DNA of 18,189 bases from Candidatus Methylomirabilia bacterium (GTDB lineage Bacteria > Methylomirabilota > Methylomirabilia > Rokubacteriales > CSP1-6). The DNA is taken from positions 1 to 18,189 of the forward strand of contig JBGQHJ010000100.1 of NCBI GenBank assembly GCA_041497895.1, written 5' to 3'. The position numbers and the translations under genes were made by a program. The notes under the pieces are model-generated. The model had not been told where the DNA came from. It saw nothing but the letters and a program-made list of their open reading frames with translations, and did not search any database. Positions 1 to 6,726 of this stretch are shown here, piece by piece; positions within the stretch are counted from its first letter, which is position 1; each line of letters begins with the position of its first letter.

Positions 1-362
1 CCAACATGCATGCCGGCTTCCTGCTCTCGCGGCAGCTCCTCGCGCGCGCCAAGGGCGGGAACAAGCAGATCATCATGATCACGGACGGCGAGCCGACCGC
101 GCACCTGGAGGGCATGGAGGCCGACTTCTCCTACCCGCCCACCCGGCGGACCATCGAGGAGACGCTGAAAGAGGTGCGGCGCTGCACCCGGGACGGGATC
201 ACCATCAACACCTTCATGCTCGAGCAGAGCCACGCCCTGACCGCCTTCGTCGAGCAGATGACGCGCATCAACCGCGGCCGCGCCTTCTTCGCGACGTCCG
301 ACCGCCTCGGCGAGTACGTCCTCGTCGACTTCGTCCGCTCCAAGCGGCGGGCCGTCTCCTAG
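1..362 (+). CDS. VWA (von Willebrand factor A) domain protein, C-terminal part (5'-truncated by window edge)
   Basis: Frame is open from the window edge (N-M-H-A-G-F...). 'KQIIMITDGEPT' is the typical VWA MIDAS-associated TDG motif, followed by 'ITINTFML' and 'NRGRAF', as in VWA proteins that partner AAA/Mg-chelatase ATPases. Stop TAG at 360-362. Confidence 0.85.
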   Translation, partial: NMHAGFLLSRQLLARAKGGNKQIIMITDGEPTAHLEGMEADFSYPPTRRTIEETLKEVRRCTRDGITINTFMLEQSHALTAFVEQMTRINRGRAFFATSDRLGEYVLVDFVRSKRRAVS

Positions 363-374
363 CCGCCCGATCGG

Positions 375-1013
375 ATGCCGGACGCCGCGTCGGTCGTGCT
401 GCTCGTGCGCCACGGGCTGACGCCCACCACCGGGATCAAGCTGCCCGGCCGCGCCCCCGGCCTGCACCTCTCCGACGAGGGCCGACGGCAGGCCGAGGTG
501 GCCGCCGAGCGGATCGGCAAGGTGGGCAAGATCGCGGCGGTGTACGCCTCGCCGATCACCCGCGCGCGCGAGACCGCCCAGCCGATCGCCCGCGCGGTCA
601 AGCGGGCGGTCCGCATCGAGCGGGACCTGGCCGATCTCGACATCGGGGACTGGACCGGAATGAGCCTCAAGCAGGCGGCCCGGCGGCCGGAGTGGGAGAC
701 GGTGCAGCGGAACCCGAGCAGCTTCCGCTTCCCGGGGGGCGAGTCCTTCCCGGAGATGCAGACCCGGATGACCTCCGCGCTCGGCCGCATCGTGGCCCGG
801 CATCCCGGCCAGATCGTGGTCGCGGTGTCGCACGCCGACCCGATCAAGGCCGCGGTGGCCCAGGCCCTCGGCACCCCCCTCGACCTCTTCCAGCGCATCA
901 TGATCGCGCCCTCCGCGATCACGGTGGTGGCCTACCGGCGCGGCGGGCCCAGCGTGCTCACCGTCAACTCCCTCGCGGGCGACCTGGCCTGGCTCGGGGG
1001 CGGCAAGGCATGA
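375..1013 (+). CDS. Histidine phosphatase / phosphoglycerate mutase superfamily protein, MSMEG_4193-like
   Basis: Motifs RHG ('LLVRHGLT'), 'ASPITRARETA', 'FPGGES' and second His 'VSHADPIKA'. Lies directly upstream of DUF3090 and SCO1664-like genes, the known context of the MSMEG_4193 family. Confidence 0.9.
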   Translation: MPDAASVVLLVRHGLTPTTGIKLPGRAPGLHLSDEGRRQAEVAAERIGKVGKIAAVYASPITRARETAQPIARAVKRAVRIERDLADLDIGDWTGMSLKQAARRPEWETVQRNPSSFRFPGGESFPEMQTRMTSALGRIVARHPGQIVVAVSHADPIKAAVAQALGTPLDLFQRIMIAPSAITVVAYRRGGPSVLTVNSLAGDLAWLGGGKA

Positions 1014-1549
1014 GCGACAACCCGTCCTTCGAGATCGACTCCCCCGATCACTTCACCGCCGGCGCGGTCGGACCGCCGGGCCAGCGCGTGTTCTACCTGC
1101 AATCGCGCGAGGCGGGGCGCGTGCTCACCCTCAAGGTGGAGAAGGAGCACGTGCGCGCGCTCGCCGAGTACCTGGGCGGCCTGCTGGCGCGGGTGAAGCG
1201 CCCGCCCGAGCCGGCGCGGGGCGGGGTCGAGCTCCTCGAGCCCCTGCAGCCGGTGTGGGACGTGGGCACGATCGCGGTGGGCTACGACGAGGGCCGGGAC
1301 CGGGTGGTGGTGGAGGCGAGCGAGCTCATCGAGGAGGCCGGGGAGGAGGGCGGCGGCGAGGCGGGGCAAGAGACCGGCCCGCAGCCGGCGATGGCGCGCT
1401 TCCGGATCACCCGCGGCCAGGCCGCCTCGTTCGTCGAGCGCGCCGGCGATCTCATGAAAGGCGGGCGGCCGAGCTGCCCGATCTGCAGCCGGCCCATGGA
1501 CCCGGCGGGCCACGTGTGCCCCCGGTCCAACGGCCACGTCACCCACTAG
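1010..1549 (+). CDS. DUF3090 family protein with C-terminal Zn-finger-like motif
   Basis: True start is ATG at 1010, an ATGA overlap with the previous stop; the track ORF at 692 is over-extended. 'FTAGAVGPPGQRVFYLQ...LKVEKEHV..L' and the C-terminal 'GRPSCPICSRPMDPAGHVCPRSNGH' are hallmarks of DUF3090. 179 aa. Confidence 0.9.
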   Translation: MSDNPSFEIDSPDHFTAGAVGPPGQRVFYLQSREAGRVLTLKVEKEHVRALAEYLGGLLARVKRPPEPARGGVELLEPLQPVWDVGTIAVGYDEGRDRVVVEASELIEEAGEEGGGEAGQETGPQPAMARFRITRGQAASFVERAGDLMKGGRPSCPICSRPMDPAGHVCPRSNGHVTH

Positions 1550-1551
1550 CC

Positions 1552-2265
1552 ATGCCGGGGCGCGCGGACCCGACCATCGCGCTCGACCTGCTGACTCGCG
1601 GGGAGGTCACGGTCAAGGGGCGCATGCCCCGCAGCAGCAACGCCACCTTCCTGGTCGAGTGCTGCCTCGACGACCAGACCACGCTCGCGGTGTACAAGCC
1701 GGAGCGCGGCGAGCGGCCGCTGTGGGATTTCCCTCCCGGGCTCTACCGACGCGAGATCGCCGCCTACCTTCTCTCGGAGGCGCTCGGGTGGGGCCTCGTT
1801 CCCCTCACGACTCAGCGGGAGGGGCCTCTCGGAGACGGGTCGCTCCAGCTCTTCGTGCCCGCCGACTTCCGCCAGCACTACTTCACGTTGCTGGAGCAGG
1901 GCGAGCACCGCGAGACGCTCCAGCGCATCTGCCTCTTCGACCTGGTGGCCAACAACGCCGACCGCAAGAGCGGCCACTGCCTCTGGGTGCCGGAGGACCG
2001 GATCTACGCGATCGACAACGGCCTGTCCTTCCACGCGGAGTCCAAGCTGCGCACCGTCATCTGGGACTTCGGCGAGGAGCCGATCGCGGCGGCGCGGCTG
2101 GAAGATCTGCGCCGCCTCCTCGAGTCGGGCCTGCCGCCGGCGCTGGCCGAACTGCTCGACACCGACGAGCAGCGCGCGCTCGAGCGCCGCGCGCGCGGGC
2201 TGCTACGGTCGGGCCACTTCCCGGTGGACAAGAGCGGCCTCCGCTACCCCTGGCCGCTGATCTAG
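1552..2265 (+). CDS. SCO1664 family protein (phosphatidylinositol 3/4-kinase-like fold, putative kinase)
   Basis: ATG at 1552, 2 nt after the previous stop. Motifs 'SNATFL', 'AVYKPERGERPLWDFP', 'REIAAY', catalytic loop 'NNADRKSGH', 'AIDNGLSF' and C-terminal 'YPWPLI'. 237 aa. Confidence 0.9.
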   Translation: MPGRADPTIALDLLTRGEVTVKGRMPRSSNATFLVECCLDDQTTLAVYKPERGERPLWDFPPGLYRREIAAYLLSEALGWGLVPLTTQREGPLGDGSLQLFVPADFRQHYFTLLEQGEHRETLQRICLFDLVANNADRKSGHCLWVPEDRIYAIDNGLSFHAESKLRTVIWDFGEEPIAAARLEDLRRLLESGLPPALAELLDTDEQRALERRARGLLRSGHFPVDKSGLRYPWPLI

Positions 2266-2519
2266 GCGCGGTGGCCGCGGCGCGACGAATCGCCGTGGAT
2301 CACGTCGCACCAGCGGCGATTCTCGTCGCCCCCCGCCTCGGCGCTGCCGGTCAGCATCGCGTCCGACATGACGCGCGCGTCGTCCACGCCTTCCCGCAGG
2401 GGCATGTGCAGGGCGCACCACTGCACCTCCAGGATCTCCAGCAACGTATCGGCGTCGGGCTCGCAGGCGGGGCAGTACGCGCGCGCAATACGGGGGGTTT
2501 CGGCCGGAATGTCACTCAA
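2262..2519 (-). CDS. Small hypothetical protein with CxxC and two W-C...H motifs (putative metal-binding)
   Basis: 'AYCPACEPDAD...WCALH...RRWCDVIH'. Start placed at TTG 2519, preceded by GGTGG. The track ATG at 2621 overlaps a TAGAAT -10 box, so it is unlikely to be the start. Start position uncertain; 85 aa as called. Confidence 0.65.
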   Translation of the reverse strand: MSDIPAETPRIARAYCPACEPDADTLLEILEVQWCALHMPLREGVDDARVMSDAMLTGSAEAGGDENRRWCDVIHGDSSRRGHRA

Positions 2520-2619
2520 GGCAGGCCACCACGGCGGGAAACTGCGGGACTTCCTCGCGAGTGTCGAGCGATGACAACCTCCTGTCCGGAATGCCGAACC
2601 GGGCTCGAGCCTCACGACC

Positions 2620-2650
2620 ATTCTACACAGGGGATAATTTCAATCCTAAT
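2620..2650 (-). promoter_or_regulatory. Putative sigma70 -10 element (TAGAAT, 2625-2620) in an AT-rich patch
   Basis: Minus strand reads ATTAGGATTGAAATTATCCCCTGTG-TAGAAT. This is a conspicuous AT-rich island upstream of the small Cys-rich gene. No well-spaced -35. Confidence 0.5.
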
Positions 2651-2718
2651 TCTCCCCCGCGACCGTTCGGACCCTCCCCGGCCCCGCAGCGGTGCCGCGG
2701 GGATCTCGGAGGCCCTGC

Positions 2719-3894
2719 CTACAAGAATGTCTGGTCGGGCTCGAGGCCGAGGAGGTAGCGGCCGACCGTCTCGAAGTGGGCCTGGCGGCCCTGGAGCTGC
2801 TGGGTGACGGTGTGGATGTCCCGGAAGCGCCGCTCGAAGGCGCTGCTGGTGAAGATGGAGCTCGACCCCGCGGCGTGATGCACGGTGTCGACCACCTGCT
2901 TGGCCTGGTGGATGCCGTAGGTGGAGGCCAGGCGGATCTGCACCCGCTGGTCCACGCCGAGCGGGCGGCCCGATCGGCTCACCTCGGCCCAGATGCGCGC
3001 GAGCGCGTCCAGCAGGAACACCCGCGCCGAGCCGAGCTTCGCCTCGGCCTCGGCCACCTGGAACTGGATCACGCCGCTCTCGCGCAGCTGCTGCTTGGAC
3101 GAGCGCGGCTCCTTGTCGCGGGCGAGCTCGACGAAGGCGTCGAGGCTGCTCCGCGCGATCCCCATGGCCACACCCGAGAAGCCGGCCGCGTAGAGGCTGC
3201 CCGACGGGAAGCAATAGAGCGGGCCGGGATGCCGGCGCTCGGCGGGATCGTCGCGCGAGACGGTGTGCTCCTCCGGCACGAACAGGTCGGTGACCGTGAA
3301 CGCGTCACTGCCCGTCCCGCGCAGCCCGGTCACGTGCCAGACGTCGATGATCGTCGCCTGCCCGGCCGGAAAGAGCATGGTGCGCCCGTCGGGCGTGCCG
3401 TCCGGGCGGCGCCGAGTCCGCCCGTCGGGCCCCTGGATCGGACAGTAGCCGCCGAGCCAGGTCGCGTGCCGGCAGCCGCTGCCGAAGCTCCAGGTGCCGT
3501 CGATGCGGTAGCCCCCGTCGACCGCCACCGCGCGCGCGTCGTTGCTCGGCCCCCAGGCCAGCACCGCACGCCGGTCGCCGAAGATCTCGCGCCCGACCTC
3601 GGGCCGCAGGTAGGCGGCGGTCATCGAGCAGCCGGAGGCCTGGCAGAGACACCACGCCGCGCTCGCGTCGTGGCGGGCGACTTCCTCGATCACCTGGACG
3701 AAGGTGACCGGGTCGATCTCGGCCCCGTCGAGGAAGGCGGGCAGGAGCAGGCGGAAGAGGGACGCGTCGTGGAGCGCCCGCAGCATCGGCTCGGGCAGCC
3801 GGCGCTCCTGCTCGGTCCGCTCGCTCAGGTCCTCCAGCAGCGGGGCCAGCGCGCGGGCCCGCTCGAGCGGGCCCGCCGGGTCGCGCGAGTCCGT
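2719..3894 (-). CDS. Flavin-dependent monooxygenase, acyl-CoA dehydrogenase fold (HsaA/IacA-like oxygenase component)
   Basis: Motifs 'GGYRIDGTWSFGSGCRHATW', 'DVWHVTGLRGTGSD', 'GVAMGIAR' and 'AAGSSSIF...FERRFRDIH'. The family-like N-terminus 'LERARALAPLL...EQERRLPEPMLRALHDASLF' continues in frame upstream of the track ATG (3786) to ACG at 3894, giving 391 aa. Start codon uncertain. Confidence 0.85.
   Translation of the reverse strand, partial: TDSRDPAGPLERARALAPLLEDLSERTEQERRLPEPMLRALHDASLFRLLLPAFLDGAEIDPVTFVQVIEEVARHDASAAWCLCQASGCSMTAAYLRPEVGREIFGDRRAVLAWGPSNDARAVAVDGGYRIDGTWSFGSGCRHATWLGGYCPIQGPDGRTRRRPDGTPDGRTMLFPAGQATIIDVWHVTGLRGTGSDAFTVTDLFVPEEHTVSRDDPAERRHPGPLYCFPSGSLYAAGFSGVAMGIARSSLDAFVELARDKEPRSSKQQLRESGVIQFQVAEAEAKLGSARVFLLDALARIWAEVSRSGRPLGVDQRVQIRLASTYGIHQAKQVVDTVHHAAGSSSIFTSSAFERRFRDIHTVTQQLQGRQAHFETVGRYLLGLEPDQTFL
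3853..3876. repeat. Perfect 24-bp palindrome GCGGGCCCGC-TCGA-GCGGGCCCGC
   Basis: The sequence equals its own reverse complement over 24 nt. It consists of two copies of a self-palindromic 10-mer around TCGA. Confidence 0.9.
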
Positions 3895-4683
3895 TTAGTC
3901 CACCCCGAAGTCGTAGATCTTGCCCGAGCCCGCCCCGAAACCGGTGGCGAGGATGAAGCCGTACTCGCCGGGCGCGAGCGGTGCCGACGGGGTCACCTTG
4001 TAGAAGCCCCGCGGATCGCGCTCGATGCTGACCGCGATCTTGTCCTCGTTGCGCACGCCCATCTTCTGGGTGCCGCCGAACGGCATGAAGGCGCCGCTGC
4101 CGATCTTCAGATTTCGATCGTTGTGGTCGTCACCGGGCTTGAGCCGCACGAGCGGCGCGTCGGTCGACGAGTACGTGCTGAGGAACACCGGCTGCTTCTC
4201 GGTCGTCCGGTACTGCGCCCTCTTCCCTTCCAGCACCACCTCGCTCTTGCTCTGGAAGAACGCCATGTTGGTCTCGAGGTTGGCCGAGGTCGCGAACATC
4301 TCGACGTACTTGCCGCCAATCAGCTGGTAGATCACGTCCTGGTTCTTGAGCGCCCCCGCCGCCACCGCCGGCGCGGGCGGGGGGGGCATCGCCCCGGTGG
4401 TGGGCGCGGAGCCGGAGCCCGCCCCCACCATGGCCTCGAGCACCTTGTCGGAGACGCCGGCCTTCTTCAGGTTCACCAGCGAGTCCGTCTTGAGGTCGAA
4501 CTTGGTCGCGGTCGACTTGATCTTGGCGATGACCACCGCCTCGGGCAGCCCCGCCTTGATCATCTGGATCACGGAGTCGTTGGTGAGCACTTCCTGGGCG
4601 AGGGAGGTGGCGCCCGGCAGCGAGAGGCCGACGGCGGCCACCAGGACCAAGATCAGGAGCGCGCGGATCATCGAAGCTTTCAT
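3895..4683 (-). CDS. Secreted hypothetical protein (signal peptide, small helical domain, Pro/Ala linker, beta-rich C-terminal domain)
   Basis: RBS GAGG upstream of ATG 4683. Hydrophobic signal peptide ending 'SLA-QE'. Helical domain 'LTNDSVIQMIKAGLPEAVVIAKIK...LKKAGVSDKVLEAM', linker 'PPPPAPAVAA', C-terminal 'YKVTPSAPLAPGEYGF'. Strong high-GC3 codon usage. Confidence 0.85.
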   Translation of the reverse strand: MKASMIRALLILVLVAAVGLSLPGATSLAQEVLTNDSVIQMIKAGLPEAVVIAKIKSTATKFDLKTDSLVNLKKAGVSDKVLEAMVGAGSGSAPTTGAMPPPPAPAVAAGALKNQDVIYQLIGGKYVEMFATSANLETNMAFFQSKSEVVLEGKRAQYRTTEKQPVFLSTYSSTDAPLVRLKPGDDHNDRNLKIGSGAFMPFGGTQKMGVRNEDKIAVSIERDPRGFYKVTPSAPLAPGEYGFILATGFGAGSGKIYDFGVD

Positions 4684-4692
4684 GTTTTTCCT

Positions 4693-5292
4693 CTAGAATG
4701 GACAGATTTGCCGCCCAGGTTGTGGGCAGTAACTGTACTGCACCGTTCCGGATGTCGTGAAGCGCTTCAACAGGTTCACGGAAAATGCCATGTCGCTCAC
4801 CACCGCCGCCTGGTGGCACAGCAGGCAATCACCGGGCAGCTCGAGCTTCAATGGCTCGGCGGTGATCGGGTCGAACCCGCCAAACGTCCAGTTCCGACTG
4901 CCGAACCCCGGCTGCGTCTTCTGCATCAGATGCAGCGTGCGCTCGCCCTTGCCCCGAACCAGGTGCTTCTGGCCATCGGTGGCGAAGATCGTCGCTCCAC
5001 TCCTGGCGTCCCGGCCCAGCACCCTCGCGCGGTAGACGTCGATGGCCAGGAGCACCCCCACCGGAAATTCCCGGAGGCCTGGATCGTGCGTCAGCGCCTC
5101 GATCGCGTCCCTCGACGCATAGAGATCCCGGGAGAGCCCATCCACTCGATCGACCACCGCGTACTTCACCAGGCTGGTCCGGTACTCCTGGGGATAGGAA
5201 ACGACGGGGCCTTGCGCCAGCACTCCCTCCATCGGAACCAGACCGGCCAGAACCACCAGCAGCGCGGTGCGCGCCCACATGCTCTGTCCCAC
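4693..5292 (-). CDS. Cytochrome P460 / cytochrome c'-beta family protein (exported, single heme)
   Basis: Signal peptide, then 'YPQEYR...YAVVDR...RDLYAS..A', 'FPVGVLLAIDVY', 'LMQK..GFG..NWTFGGF' and a C-terminal heme motif CLLCH (4827-4813) followed by 'SDMAFS'. Start is GTG 5292 or ATG 5280. Confidence 0.8.
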   Translation of the reverse strand: MGQSMWARTALLVVLAGLVPMEGVLAQGPVVSYPQEYRTSLVKYAVVDRVDGLSRDLYASRDAIEALTHDPGLREFPVGVLLAIDVYRARVLGRDARSGATIFATDGQKHLVRGKGERTLHLMQKTQPGFGSRNWTFGGFDPITAEPLKLELPGDCLLCHQAAVVSDMAFSVNLLKRFTTSGTVQYSYCPQPGRQICPF

Positions 5293-5300
5293 CGGCCCCC

Positions 5301-5329
5301 AACTTAGGGCACTTCGAAAATCTGGTCAA
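5301..5329 (-). promoter_or_regulatory. Putative sigma70 promoter TTGACC-N17-TAAGTT for the cytochrome gene, overlapping the MFS 3' end
   Basis: -35 at 5329-5324, exact 17-nt spacer, -10 at 5306-5301, 8 nt upstream of GTG 5292. Confidence 0.55.
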
Positions 5330-6581
5330 TAGCGGCTCCCCCGCGTCCCCGCCGGGCGAGCGGCCAGGCCGCGGGCAGCATGGCGAGCAGCGCGGCGGTG
5401 CCGTTCAGGGCCATCGCGGCGGGTACCCCGATCCCACCCGACAGGAAGCCGATCCAGAGGGTGCCGGCCGGCTGGGTGCCGATGCACGCCGAGAGGATGC
5501 CCATGGCCCGGCCGCGGCTCGCCTCCGGCGCCGAGAGCAGCACCAGGGTGCTCTGCATCGCGGCGAACCCGGACTCGCAGGCGCCGATCAGCACGAGCAC
5601 CGGCAGGCAGGCCCACGGCCAGCGCAGGCTCGTGAAGGCCAGGAGCAGGAACGGCGCGATCAGGACCGAGAGGGCGAAGAGCCGGCCGTGGGGCAGGAAG
5701 CCGCGGCGGCCCGCGATGGCCAGCGCACCCAGCAGGGCGCCGAGCCCGTCGGCCGCGACCAGCCCGCCCAGCCACTCCGGGCCCACCTGCAGCACCTGTC
5801 GGGCGAACACCGGGAGCATGTGCTGGTAGGGAAAGAACAGCACGTTCATCATCACGGTGATCGTCAGTACCGCGCGCACGGTGGGCTCGCGCCACGCCTC
5901 GCGGAAGCCCGCGCCCAGGCTGGCCGCGACCGAGGTGGTGTCGCGACCGCTCGGCCCGCCGATGCGCGCGGGCAAACCCAGGAAGACGAGCAGGCCGATC
6001 GCGTAGAGCGCGGCCACCGCCACGTAGCAGGGCGCGGGGCCGAGGCGCGCCAGACCCACGCCGGCCAGCACCGGCCCGACCATCTTGGCCACCTGCATCG
6101 AGACCGTCTCGAGCGAGACCGCGGTGGCCACGCGCCGCGAGCCCACCAGGGCGTAGAGCGCGGTGCGGCGCGCCGGGAAGTCGAGGGCCCAGAGCACGCC
6201 GAAGAGCATCTCGAGGCCGACCAGCGGCCAGAAGCCGCCTCGGCCGGACGCGAAGACCGCGCCGAGCCCGAGCGCGGTGACGAGCCCGAGCGACTGGGTG
6301 AAGATCAGCACCCGCCCGCGGTGCATGCGGTCGGCCAGGATGCCGGTGAACGGGCCCAGAATCATGAGCGGCGCCGAGCGGGCGAACGCGGCCAGCCCCA
6401 CCATGAACGGCGAGTCCGTGAGCTGAAACGCGAGCCAGCCGAGGAGGACCAGGTCCATCCAGCGCGCGCCGTTGACGCAGAGGCCGGAGAGCCAGAGGCG
6501 GCGATAGGGGCGCTCGCGCAGGACGGAGGCGAAGGCGTGGGGGGCGACCAGGGCGGCCGCCGACGGAGCGACGCTGCTCAC
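5304..6581 (-). CDS. MFS transporter (12-TM, DHA3/EntS-like exporter group)
   Basis: MFS motif A 'GILADRMHRGRVL', 'DFPARRTAL', 'APEASRGRAMG' and multiple hydrophobic segments. Start placed at GTG 6581; the track's 6887 start overlaps the divergent gene. 425 aa. Confidence 0.9.
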   Translation of the reverse strand: MSSVAPSAAALVAPHAFASVLRERPYRRLWLSGLCVNGARWMDLVLLGWLAFQLTDSPFMVGLAAFARSAPLMILGPFTGILADRMHRGRVLIFTQSLGLVTALGLGAVFASGRGGFWPLVGLEMLFGVLWALDFPARRTALYALVGSRRVATAVSLETVSMQVAKMVGPVLAGVGLARLGPAPCYVAVAALYAIGLLVFLGLPARIGGPSGRDTTSVAASLGAGFREAWREPTVRAVLTITVMMNVLFFPYQHMLPVFARQVLQVGPEWLGGLVAADGLGALLGALAIAGRRGFLPHGRLFALSVLIAPFLLLAFTSLRWPWACLPVLVLIGACESGFAAMQSTLVLLSAPEASRGRAMGILSACIGTQPAGTLWIGFLSGGIGVPAAMALNGTAALLAMLPAAWPLARRGRGGAAIDQIFEVP

Positions 6582-6649
6582 CCGCCAGGGATAGCACGGA
6601 AGACGGCCGCGGCGAAAGGAGATCCGGGTCGATTTCGGTCCCGGCGGGG

Positions 6650-6677
6650 TTGACAGTGCAGTGGTTCTGCGGATAAT
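6650..6677 (+). promoter_or_regulatory. Putative sigma70 promoter TTGACA-N16-GATAAT for the solute-binding protein gene
   Basis: Consensus -35 at 6650-6655 and a 5/6 match -10 at 6672-6677. RBS GGGAGG at 6714-6719 downstream. Confidence 0.65.
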
Positions 6678-6726
6678 CACCCTACTCCAGTTCCGGACCG
6701 CTCCATCTCGAGAGGGAGGAATATCC

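Noticed and set aside
692..1009. N-terminal extensions in the ORF track (692, 1255, 6661, 6887, 9828, 9980 minus strand, 10939, 11202, 15007)
   Set aside because: They overlap neighbouring genes or promoters. Downstream starts with an RBS or coupling and family-typical N-termini fit better.
2692..5307. 871-aa plus-strand ORF
   Set aside because: It is a codon-aligned antisense shadow of three real minus-strand genes that happen to share one frame. It is Arg/Gly/Ala-rich with no motifs.
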